A stretch of 64,000 bases of DNA from Blasia pusilla (Eukaryota), in the NCBI GenBank assembly GCA_050084515.1, contig CM114271.1:41354001-41418000 (forward strand), written 5' to 3'. This document shows positions 1-11,892 of the stretch, piece after piece. The translations under genes were made by a program, and so were the position numbers. The notes under the pieces are model-generated. The model had not been told where the DNA came from. It did no database searches and saw only the letters and a program-made list of their open reading frames with translations. Every line of letters begins with the position of its first letter. Position 1 is the first letter of the stretch.

Positions 1-157
1 GTGGTCACAGTTTGTAGCCAAACTCCCTCGAGGCTCATTTTTGCGTGAGGAAGGTGGTCCTCCATCCCTACCCAAATCACATGGCCACGGTGGAAATGGG
101 CATGCACTCAATGAACATGTAAGTATCTTGAAACTTTATTCCCGAATATATTACGGC

Positions 158-793
158 TTCAACCCGTCGGACTCCCACGGGTTGATTCTTTAGTATTTAA
201 AAAAAAAATCATTAGCGAGATCATGATCAGTAACCCGTCGGAATCCGACGGGTTGCAAGAGAAAGACTTCCCTGCCGTATTTGCAATCCGTCGGACTTCC
301 ACGGATTGCATTTGACTTCCTTAATTGAGTTGTCTGGCAACTCGTCAGAGCCCAAAGGGTTGCACATACTCGAGTGGAGCCAACCCAATATGACTGCACC
401 TGCAACCCGTTGGAGTCCGACGTGTTGCATATTTGGTGGGAAAGGCCCTCGTTTGAGTGGCCTTGCAACCCGTCAGAGTCCGACGGATTGCATGGCCACC
501 CAAACAAGGAGTCATTCCTTAAAGATCATTCGAACCCGTCGGACTCTGACAGTTTGCAAAGCCCCTCAAACCAGCACCTTTCCTTCCCAATATGCAAGGT
601 GTCCGACTCCAACGAGTTGCAAGGGTAGTCATAATGGGTTGGCTACACTCGAGTATGTGCAACCGGTCGGACTCCCACGAGTCGCAAGAGTGGGGATGTC
701 TTGCAACCCGTCGGACTCCAACGGGTAACAAATCCATGCAAATCGGGACCTTTCGTACAGAATATGCAACCCGTCTGACTCCGACGGGACTTG
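158..793. repeat. Array of 11 palindromic 29-bp repeats (consensus TGCAACCCGTCGGA[C/G]TCCGACGGGTTGCA) separated by 15-42 bp spacers
   Basis: Copies start at about 158, 229, 282, 336, 401, 464, 530, 593, 658, 702 and 765, with a degenerate outlier at 960-988. The consensus is a 14+1+14 palindrome. Confidence 0.9.
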
Positions 794-1469
794 GAAGAGA
801 GGGTATAAATTTTGATTAGGCCAAAATATAAGGAGGAAATAACCATTTAGGGTTGGTAGAGTCTCATGAAGGAAATGAAAATTGAGGATGGAGTTGCCAA
901 AATTAGTCTACGAAAATTGAAATGGACTTTGGTAAATAAGAGACCCTTAAAGTCATCCTTGAAACTCATTGGAGTCCCACACGTTGCAAGACATGAGAAG
1001 GGAAGCTAAGGCAAAGAAGCAACATCTCATGAAATCAGATCTTAATAAAGTATGGTTTGAATTCAATGGAGGAATGAGAGGGAACGCTTCTAATCTCATT
1101 TTTAGAAAGCAAGTGATCCATCTTTAGTATCCATTTATTATAGTTCTCCAATGAAGAAATTTCCTCCTTATGATACCTAAACCCTAAAATACCCTCATGC
1201 TTTAGTAAATCTGGCTTCCATAGAGAGTGATTTAAGCATGTCGAAATGGTCTTCACATTTTCAAATAAGTTTCTAGTCGGAAAAAATGATTATAGTTTGA
1301 GCCCCAACCCGGTTGACTAGTAACTCTCTTTTAAATATTTCTTCCATTTCAAGTATTGGAGAATATTAAAAAATAGAAGAAGGGTTTGAAGAGAGGTTAC
1401 GGATTTTTTCCTTTGCTTTGGAGAGAGACTCTACTCTCTTCATCTCTCCTACTAGAATACCAACCCCCG

Positions 1470-3393
1470 AGAGGCTGGCACATGGCATGTTTGACGCCAC
1501 CTCTTACTAGTGTTCCTCGATGACAATGGATGTGCCCCAGATGTATATAGATCAAGTGGATACTAGGTAGTGATAGATCCAGACTTGTGTTTGTGACATG
1601 GATGATAAGAAGGTAACTAACGATGAGGCCACATGAGCACCCGACCTTTTTGCTCTTAGCGTCCTCGAGATGTGTGTTATGATAGATAGAGAAAGATGGC
1701 TATCTTGAGTTTGAGGGATCTAACCAACAGCTAGGGGGGCGATGGGAGATATTTTATTACTCGATCATCTTGATGTTTGGATGCTATGAGTTAGTATGAT
1801 ATCTTGTCTGTTTCTGTGAGCATTTAGTGACGGTAATGTATGTTGTGCATCATGTTAGGATTTAGAGTATGTGCACAATAATTGTCTCGTCTTTTATGAT
1901 GGATCAACGAGTTCACTGTAAGATGCGTTCAAGGATATTGGAGGACAACCTCAAAAGATCAAGGATAACCTATTTAGGCCTCCGTAATCTGAAAGAGCGA
2001 GTTTTCCCTTTGTTTCAACTCGTTTGAGCTAAATAGAAAAACTTGTTATTTTGGGTAAGTTATTGTTATAAGTAGAGTTGAATTTCCATTTTGGGAAGTT
2101 TTCGTTTATCCCCTATAGTAGATCAAGAGCCAAGGAGGTGACTTGGCACCATAGGTTACTATGGAGAGTTTGGGATAGGGGAACGAGGTATACCCAAGGA
2201 GAGAGAGCTTTGGAGCTCATTCTCTTTTGTTGAACCTCTTGGCATGGGGCAGAGGAACTATGGTCCTTCTTGCCTGTGAGTTATCCAAGCCTCTCATTAG
2301 AAGAGTGGGTTTGGTTTGACATGAGAAAGACAAAGAGATGGATTTGTGAGCATATTGTGAAATATCATGATTTATTGGAGAAATTTTGGTACTCGATTGT
2401 CTCGATGTTTGGATATCATGAATAAGTATGGTATCTTGTGTTTATATGTATATTCAATAACAACGATGTATGTTGTGTAGTTGGCAATGTGCATGCGTCA
2501 CGACAAATGGATGACAAGAAGGCGATTGACAATGAAGCCACTTTAGCATTTGGCCTTTTGCTCTTAGCATCCTAGATATATGTGTCATAGTAGGTAGGGA
2601 TATATGGGTATTTAGAGTTAGAGGATCTAACCACCAACTAGGGGAATGATTGGAGATATTTTGGTATTCGATCATCTCAATGTTTAGGTGACTTTGAGTT
2701 AGTATGGCATCTTGTATGTTTGTGTATTGGGTGACAACGATATATAATGTGTTGTGATATGTATTTGCCGACAATTGTCACATGTTTTGGGATGGATTGA
2801 CGAGTTTATAGTAGGTTTACTTTGAGGATATTGGAGGAGAGCCTCAAGACATAAAAAAATAACATACTTAGGCCTCGCATAACTTGAGAGAGTAGGTTTC
2901 CCCTTCATTTCGGCTCGTTTGGAGCTAAATAGAGAAACTTAATTTTCCGGTAAGCTATCATTATGAATAGAGTTGAATTTCCAATTTGGAGAGTAGCCCT
3001 TGACCCCTATAGAAGGTCAAGAGCCAAGGAGGGGACTTGCGAGCATAGATTATGATGGAAAGAGCTTGGAAGAGGGAACAAGGTATACTCGAGGAGAAAG
3101 AACGTTGGAGCTCATTCTCTCTTTGTTGAACCTCTTGGCATGAGACGGAGGAGATATGGTCCTCCTTGCCTAGCCTCTCATTAGGAGAATGGGTTTGGTT
3201 TGACATAAGAGAGAGACATGGATTTATGTGCCCATTGAGAGAGATCTTGAATTGATCTTGGGGCGATTGGAGATATTTCTTTACTCAATCGTCTCGATGT
3301 TTACATGCCATGAGTTAGTATGGTATCTTGTATTTTTTTTTTGTGTATTCGGTAAAACGATGTATGTTGTGTAGCAATGTGTATGCACACGAC
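1470..3393 (+). mobile_element. 3' remnant of a Ty3/Gypsy element: PHD-finger C-terminal half followed by two tandem ~900-bp LTR-like units
   Basis: 1470-1550 reads RGWHMACLTPPLTSVPR*QWMCPRCI*. Units at ~1592-2505 and ~2500-3393 match each other and the sequence following the PHD in the elements at 40760-41036 (+) and 49985-50710 (-). Confidence 0.8.
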
Positions 3394-4399
3394 ATCATAG
3401 CTAGGACTCGGCATCGGTCTCTATTGCTGTGGCTTGCACCACGTACTCATTTGATAGATGTCTTGGTTGAATCCTCACCACAACTTCATGTCGGGTGATA
3501 AATTAAGTAAGTCTTACTTGCTCCATCCAAGGATGTGTGTATCTTGAATGGGCAGTGCTCTACATCGGCCCTTGTTAGGTCCAATCTTGTAAACATCGCG
3601 TTCTCCAACATGAATGGTTTTGCTCCCAAATCCAACAAGAGCTACCTCCATCTGTGCAGCCCCACACATCCAACCATGATCCTCCATGTCCTTAGCTACT
3701 TCATATGAGATCAATGCCACTGATTTGGCATAAGATAATGTCAATGTCATTTTGGCAATCTGATGTTGCAATTTCTCTATTTACGCATCCATCCCAACCT
3801 CACACCTAAAGTCTCTCTGAACTTATCTAGGTGGCGGACCTCTACCTCCTCCACAAGCATATCCACCATCTCCATAAGCAAACCCAACTCCTCGTTTCCC
3901 TACAAGACCAACAAGGAGCCGTAGGAAGAGAGGGAGAGAGGAGAGAGGAAAGAGGAAGAGGGGAAGAGAGGAAAATATTGTCAATCCAATTGCAAAGAGA
4001 TCACTTTTTTGGAGAGATGTTCTTGTGATTTGAAGAGAATTTCCTATAGGTTGAAGAGAGGGAGGATTTTGTTTTCATATTTTACATTTATGTTCCCTTT
4101 TCTTAGTCACTTCCTCAACATACTTTTTTCCTCTTCCCCACTATGGAAATCTTTCTTTATCCGAAAAGTTGCACCATACATGAAAGCTTGATCCTGTATC
4201 CAATCATCACTCAAGTATATAGTTACAAAATTGGAAACTTTATTGAAGCACAAATGTGGAACAATTCATTCTTTCAATCCAAGGTCTGAAAAAATATTAT
4301 GTTAAGCACACTGATGAAAGTTCAAGTTCATAGTGAACAACTTGGGATTTCCAAACTACACTATTAAACCTAATGTTGCATCCTCATAGTGGCTTGTTT

Positions 4400-4760
4400 A
4401 AGATACTACGCACTTCCTTCACGGAAAAAAATCGGTTGGTGGATTCCTACACTTAGGGGTGACTCTCTTAAAGCTACGAGCAAAACATAATACATGTGCT
4501 TACAAGGGAAATACCTTTTCCCACTTGTCTCTCTTTGGACAAAGTCATCACACGAACATGTGAGAAAGCAACAAATGTATACAACATACATCTAAAAACA
4601 CTCCAATTTATGGTGTTATTGCTAACCCAATACATTCTTCCTATTCCATTCCCAACATGCACATCTCTTGCGACAATGACTTCCATGTTAGGCCGGAGAT
4701 GATATGATTTGCTTTGCCCTCTCCACCGATGGTCTACACATTCTGTTTCTCTTCACTCCA
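4400..4760 (-). pseudogene. Frameshifted SWIM zinc-finger fragment, probably transposon-derived
   Basis: YVVYICCFLTCSCDDFVQRETSGKRYFPCKHMYYVLL matches the SWIM CxC-xn-CxH pattern; neighbouring frames are broken. Confidence 0.65.
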
Positions 4761-5069
4761 TTTCTTGTTTCAAAGCAGAAATAGTGGATTGAGATCACCC
4801 ATCTTTTCAAGATACAAGTTGATATCAATCTTAGGTTGGATCCAAATGCGAAGGACTTTGTAATCTAACGTGTTTTGAACTCCCTCCATCTACCAACCTA
4901 AACCTGCACTTACAAGGAATCAAGGATGTCCACATCATCCTGAGTACAATTGGAACTTATAGCAATGGGCCAAATTGTGGGGGTTATTCCTTGAGCTCCA
5001 ATGGCAAATGGGTAGGATTTTCTGAATGGGCATGATTCATTTGGACAAAAGAACTACATCAATTGATTC

Positions 5070-5600
5070 TGTCACGTCTTTACTCACTACCATAATTATT
5101 GCCATTGTCCGCCTATATTTTGGGCCTTGTTGGCACTCTTGCTGTCCACTTTGCCTTTGCAATAGCAATTAAAGGTGACCCTCAATCCATCTCTTACTAG
5201 TATACGTGCCTCAAGGATGCAAAAGTCATAGTTATTGATGAGAGTTAAATGTAGACATCCCGTTTGCTACAAATAGTTTCCATGAGGTTACATCAAGTGC
5301 CTCTATTGCCAAATTTAAATTTGTTCCCAAAAAGGCTTCTCATGTTGGTTGGTGACCTTTCTCAAGTGCCTCAAGTTTTCCGGCAGATCATATGGACTAT
5401 CTTCACCATTCTAAACTACCATAGACGAATATTATTTATCGGAAACCATGAGAAATACTTATGATCCTATCTTTATGAGATTCCTTTCACATGTAAGGCA
5501 TATAAGGCCAACACATCGTGATATAAATTCTCATTTGGGACATTGCTTCGTTGACGAAAATGATGTTGTCTACTTTTGGATGGGAATTCACAAATTACAC
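5070..5600 (+). pseudogene. Degenerate PIF1-family (SF1B) helicase fragment, Helitron- or TE-derived
   Basis: AKVIVIDES*M (motif II), LMLVGDLSQVPQV (motif III) and DPIFMRFLSHVR (motif IV region), with stops and frameshifts. Confidence 0.7.
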
Positions 5601-8296
5601 CATTGCTCTCACGTCCATCTCCTTAATATTATTTATCGTTACGAAAAAAATATTTTTTATAAAATGCCCGAATAAAAAATTAGTGATGAATTTTCTTGAA
5701 TTTATTTAAACTTGATTGATTAGTTACGATCTTTACGAATTCTCCATGTTTATGTTTCATGTAACCTACCTACCCACTTATAATTACTTTCTCCCCACCC
5801 GCACACTCTTAAACAAGACGATTGTCATAATAGATAGGAATGCTGACAGGGGATCCATTCGGGATAAAGTAATCGGAAACAACTAGATAGATGAAGCCGT
5901 GCAAAGAGGTGAGGCCAGAGAGTACGGACTACGGAGGCATCATCCTGATACTAAGTTAAGCGACTGAGTATTGAGCGACATATAGCACCACTCCGTATTT
6001 CTGCGAACGCAGGAAGTAAGCAACTAAGCAGGAAAAAGCGGAAACTTTTGCGCTGATGTTTGCGAACCATCCAGAGTTTGTTGTGGACGGCATAAGGCCG
6101 TCATAGACAGGGTGATCAGTGGAGTGAATCCAGGACAAGCCTAATATAGTAGCCTTGGCGACGGAATTCCCATCGATCCTGCAGCCGCAGTATTATCTCG
6201 ACTCTTACAACCAGTGTGCGGCCTATGAGAGGTTCCTTCTGTCTCTTCTGGGCCGGTTTTGGCCCCGAATGGGAGCCATAAATGCTCTGTATTCTTTCTC
6301 TATTGTGAGGCCGAAGAGAGAGGGGTGGGACGGTAGTAACTATCACGGAGTTTGCGAACCATCCAGAGCAAGTTGTGGACGGCATCAGTGCCACGGTGGA
6401 TCCAGGACACTGCAGCCGAAGTATTATCTCGACTCTTAAACCTTGAGTGGCCTTTAAGAGGGGTGGGGAGGTAGTGGTTATCAAACACGTGTGGGGAGGT
6501 AGTGGTTATAAAAAACGTGGATAGACTAGATGGAAAGAAATCACATTTTCCGTCTGCAGAAGACTTTCTTTTGAGGTAAGGGACGTAATCAAACACGTGG
6601 ATAACTAGGTAAAGAGGAAAAAACCAGGGAGAACGTAAGCGTGTAAGCGCCGTAACGAGGAGAATGAATCTTAAAAAGTTTTAGCTGCAACTAAAATCAG
6701 AATAAAAATCTCACTAAAAATTGACCAAATAGCAGCCTGGTCATTTGCACAAGGCTTCCACCCAAGAAGTGAGGCCAGGAGCGAGACTCGGTCAGGGTCA
6801 ATTGCAGACCAGAGACAGCCAAAGTCTATGACAGAGGAGACCATTCCAAGAAAGAGCGTTTCCTCGTCGGAGGAAGAGAAGCGTCAACGCAGAGCCTAGG
6901 GCCCTAGACTCCGGTTCTTGGTCAGACCACTGGCTCTGTAGATCGTGACTTTCCACCCCTACATTTGCTGTGATCAATACCCGACAGAAGAACATTCCGT
7001 TCTTCCAAACTGTGTCCCTTCAGCAGTAATGGAACCTTTCCGAGAACGCATCGCCGATTCGCCGTCCGTTTGAGCCGAACTTGGCGTACGGACCTTCATT
7101 GAACGACGACGGTTAATTCTAGCCCGCAGTGCCGGAAACGAAGGATGGATAGATGCACTCAGACTTTAGCAGATCGATTTGGGACGAACGAATGGATGCC
7201 GCGTGTCAGGATCAGGATCTTCCAGTGAGAAGAAAGTTCTTTTCCCAAGACTTGATTAAAAAAAACTTATTATTCATCTCAGGAAATAACACCTAGTTTC
7301 CTTCAAAACTATCGAAATATTTTTCAATGATTAAATTTGAAAACGCCTCGTCAATAGAGTTCGTTACTTTCTTTTCATTCTTTTCTCTCCTGCTCTCAAA
7401 CCAAACAAAATGAACCCCAAGTTATATGATCGGTTTTCGGCTGCAACTGTCCGTTCTATGATCCTCCATGAAGCAGCAGCGCTGCAGCACTTGATGGTAG
7501 GAAATCGTTAATGCCCTGACTTCCGATGCAAGTGTCGTCTCTGTGCTAACGACTTCCTGAGGGGAATGAATGAGCTCACATCCTTCGATTTTCGATGGGT
7601 ACAAATGTCGAGGAGCAGTGATCGAACATTTCAACTGGGAGTGCAATTCCTACGAACACCATTTACGAAAGGAGAATATTTGCGAGACTAACTAAGTGTT
7701 AAGCGTGAACTCGCACTCGGATTTTTGGTCTTCAGGAATTGCTTATCCTGGATCATTTGGTGCCATCTGTAATCAAGCCCTCTGACAGAATACAGTCATA
7801 ATGACGCTTCTGAGATTGCCTGTCTTGATCGAGACAGTGTTATGCGGTCGATCGAGATAGCGGTCTTTGCATCGCCAGAAATTGAATGGGTCAGAGTTTG
7901 GGGCATGACATGCACACCGTTTGTAAAAGTTAACTTTAGCAGATGAGTACATCCTAGAAACTGTAGAGCTCGGACGATGGTCCACCTATCGTGGAAAGAA
8001 AAGAAATTATCGCTAAGTACTGTGGCACATGACCATATCTCTGTAGCTAGATGTGCTTCAGCTGGCCAAACCCGAGACAAATTGAGGACATCCACCCACA
8101 TCCACTCACAGAGCAAAGCACTGATCAAATGTCAGCTGACCCGGCTTTTGGATGTCCGGGTTAGCTTTGAATATAGACCGATCAGTCAATATCATATCTT
8201 TGGTGTTGAAGTTTGGTGTTGAAGTGTGGGACTGATGATGCTGTCCATAACTTCCTTAGGGTGTCTCAAACTAGTTTCGGACGTCCATGTCTGTAT

Positions 8297-8548
8297 TAGG
8301 GCCACTCACTGCCGGAGTTGGGAGGGCCCTGGGAGTCGTGGCAACGGCAAATGAAGAAACGGGTACCTACACACGGCTCCCGTTTCCGGAACGGCAATTT
8401 TTAGGGACGTCTTTCGGACGATACCAATTTTTAAATTATTGTTTAAAAAATTTATTATTATTATTCAATAAAGTCCATTCGTGTGGACTACACGGGAATT
8501 TCCTCCGTCCCCGTATTTGTTCCCGTCGGGAGGAAATGAGTGGCCCTA
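8297..8548. mobile_element. hAT-like MITE, 252 bp
   Basis: 12-bp TIR TAGGGCCACTCA...TGAGTGGCCCTA and Ac-like AAACGG/CCGTTT subterminal motifs; no clear TSD. Confidence 0.55.
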
Positions 8549-9610
8549 TTCCTTTTTACGGTTTTCTGCCCTGCCGTTGAGGCAGAGGCACACCCGGCTG
8601 CCTCGGGTAAAATGTAGAAAAACCAGAGGTAGTTCGGAACGTAACAGCAAGGACGTAAATTTTGGAAGTGGCAACTTACGAGACAGGATTTCGTAAGGAT
8701 GTCGCTACACCTACGTCGCGCTCTATGAGACGTCCGGTTGCATAGATCGTCACTTTGTCCTCCCTCCTTTGGAATCAGCTTTATCAGCTAAGGGTGCCGC
8801 GTCCACATGGTTGTTTAGGGTTACGCTCGGTCCGTGCCCACTCAGGCCCCCAGGTGACTCCAGTCACTCCACTACGACATGTCCTGTCTATGCTAGTAGT
8901 TACCATTAGTTATTGCTTTGGACCTAGTAGACTATCCCATTTCTTGAAGTTGGTTGACCTTGAAATCTATCTCGTTCCATCCATTGGTCTGTCAAGGGAT
9001 CTGTGAAGTGTGAATATCAGGATCCCAGTTTCTTGATCGCCGAAGGTCTGCACCGACTGCCCAGGACTTCCGTGTTGACAACAGTATCCATGGGCACAAA
9101 GTCGTGAGCGTAAGACCTATGAAAAAAGGAAAATAATTCCAATAAATTTGAAGAACTTTTGTTAGAATATAATCCGTGAAGTGACTAATGTTCCTCCACA
9201 GAAATTCAATTTTTATTTTATTTTTTTGAGTTTGTGTTTGCAAATCAATAGAACACTCCCCGTGAAAACCCTGGGGGCCAAAACCGGCCCGGCTATCCTC
9301 TCGCCCCGGCGACCGGGCCATGCTATCGCGCAGGACCGTCCCTCCTCGCGCGCGGGAACGGAGAAGGCCTATGATGGTTGTGGTGATTTACAGCTTGCCG
9401 CTTTTAAGGGGAAAGCTTCCTCAAGCTTCGTACACAAAGACTACGGTAACGGCACACAAGTCTTGTGACGTTTTGACTGGTCAGGTAGAGCATCTAAACC
9501 CGAGATTCCTAGACGTTGTGTTTTCCCGACACAGGGCTCCGCGGTGGCGATGTCCTTAACTTATCAAATGCCCTACTTTACTTGTGGTTGGACGTCCGTG
9601 AGGTGCGTAT

Positions 9611-9825
9611 CAATGCTCGGCAAGAACCGGCATTCTTTGTTAAAGAAGCCGGTTGAGAACGTGCGATTCCCGGTTCAAATCTGAAAGTTTTGGAAATTCT
9701 CGACGAGAAAAGTGAGTTTTCTTTGTTAAATTAAAAAAGACCGGCTAGAATGGAGAAATTGCCGACTACCTTGAGAGTTCTCTCGGAAAGCTACCGGTAT
9801 GCATAAAAATCCTTGCCGAGCACTG
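9611..9825. mobile_element. hAT MITE, 215 bp
   Basis: TIRs CAATGCTCGGCAAG / CTTGCCGAGCACTG (13/14 match); 8-bp TSD GTGCGTAT at 9603-9610 and 9826-9833. Confidence 0.9.
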
Positions 9826-10297
9826 GTGCGTATCCACCTCCGGCTGACGGGATTCCACCATAAAAATAACTAGAATGATACCAGTCTTATGCACGTGCAT
9901 CCTTCTAGTTCTCGCCGGTGGACGGGCGACAGGAAAAGAATTTCTTGCACGCGGTCAAGTTTTGGGCTTTTCATTTGACTATTTATCACACGTGTAAGGA
10001 CGGACTAGCGAGAGAAAAACTTTTCTTCTCCGAGAGAAAAATGTTTTTGCACGAGTCTTTGGTCCTCCTTTGGTGTTAAATATTAAAAGTAAAGCAGAAT
10101 TTTAAATTACCTATCCAAAATATGTAATTGAATTTGTATGGAATTGTTGAATGGGATGAGTTCAATTATATACTATCCTATTCAATAAAATAGCAAAGGA
10201 TTCTATTGGCTAAGAAGGACATGTGACTAAAGAGGGGAGATATTTGAAAAATAAAGAGGCACTCTTCTATAATGATATAGATTTCTCATATCTAACA

Positions 10298-10438
10298 CTT
10301 GTAAACAACATAAGAACTTTCAACATGGGAGGAGGATATAAATTACTAACTTTGAAATCAGACCTAACTTGTAAACAACATAAGAACTTTCAACATGGGA
10401 GGAGGATATAAATTACGAACTTTGAAATCATACCTAAC
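10298..10438. repeat. Near-perfect 70-bp tandem duplication
   Basis: CTTGTAAACAACATAAGAACTTTCAACATGGGAGGAGGATATAAATTAC... occurs twice with period 70. Confidence 0.9.
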
Positions 10439-10895
10439 CTTTTTGAGACACACTATTAGAAAAGCATAGGATAATTGTTAACCCTAGAAGCAATACAACT
10501 TGGCAGGGCGATCTATATTTGTAATTGAGGATTACTTCCATGATAACGCGTGGTATAAATCATGTCTCAAAAAAAAGTGATAACTAGTGTGTTGCCTTGA
10601 GCAGATGAGTTAGGCAAGGTGCAGGATACTCGGATGGAAGGTATGCCAATTGATTATGGAACAGGCCGGAAGTTGCGTTGAAGTTGCATTCTCACGGGCA
10701 GATGTAGAATGGGTGAGAGATACTGGTTTATGTGCAATGAAGTGTGTGGCAGCCTATTGTGGAAAAAATTTGCATTCGAACATTATAAGATTTTAAGATG
10801 AGTAGGATAGTCATTCAATTCACACGAACCACGACATCATAAAGGAGGTTGTGGCACAATTTCAACACATAGTGGCGCTAGGGACCACTCCACAT

Positions 10896-11121
10896 CAGGG
10901 TCCGGGGAGTTTTTTCGTGACAACGGGTACATTTCCGGTCTCTACAAAACCGAGCGGCAATTTTTGAAGATTTCGTCATTCCAGCCGGCTAAACAGATAC
11001 GAATACAAAACACACCCTCCCTGAACCCTCAGTTTTTAGCCGGTAAATGACAAACTGAATCGGAAATTCTCAAATTCTTCCGGCCAGCTCAACACCTAAC
11101 GCCGGTTCTCCCCGGACATTG
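10896..11121. mobile_element. hAT MITE, 226 bp, same TIR family as the 11893-16512 element
   Basis: TIRs CAGGGTCCGGGGAG / CTCCCCGGACATTG; 8-bp TSD CTCCACAT at 10888-10895 and 11122-11129. Confidence 0.9.
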
Positions 11122-11892
11122 CTCCACATACTGAAGACAACAAACAAACTCGCGCAATGGATATGAAGGCAAGGGCCACTCGCGCTGAAATGTAGTCCGT
11201 CTGCCGATATCTAAGTGTGAAGATGACAATGGACATATGCAAAGTCAGATATTCTAACGTGGACATAAAACGGGCAGAGGCAAGAATTTAAAACGGAGGC
11301 TGCACATAATGGCAATGATATTTAAATAAAATAAAAATCGGATGGTGTATTTGCACCGGCATCGCAAAACTTGTTTTCAGCATCCTAAACCTTACTGGAT
11401 GATGTCAAGAAAGCGGCGGTAAGTTCTAATCCGAGGATGCGTGCGTGCCAAGAGGGTCGGTAACCGTGGGCTAGAGGCACTTCTATGTGTACTACTCTTC
11501 CAGTTTAGAGCTCCTCCGCTGTCTACAGCCTGCTACGGAGACTTTCTAAAGTTGCGTGGTTTGAATAGCATATTCCGACGACCAGTATCACGAAAGGGTT
11601 GGATGTTTATAAGATCCCGGGTTTAATCGGACACGAAAACGTCGGCCTGGGTTGGCTTTTCTAGTGTAATGTTAGATCTTCCCCAACAACGTCCGATGAT
11701 AACCAAACCAGGGGTTATGTGTTGACTTGGCCGGGTAAATTACCGATTCAATCTTTCAGTCAAAAACCAACGGAGTATAGGTTCTCTTTTCTATAAAAAT
11801 AGCCGACCCGAATCAAGAAAACGTTAAAATTTACTGTTCTGTTTTGAAAAATCCATCCGAATCCTGGATGAGTAAGGGGAGTGAGAGTGGAC

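Noticed and set aside
158-793. Bona fide CRISPR array
   Set aside because: Eukaryotic context, no cas genes, repeats switch orientation, spacer lengths vary from 15 to 42 bp, and spacers are related to one another by inversion or duplication.
190-846. Several overlapping ORFs with recurring CNPSDSDGLQ/ATRWSPT motifs
   Set aside because: They appear on both strands as a by-product of the palindromic DNA repeat.
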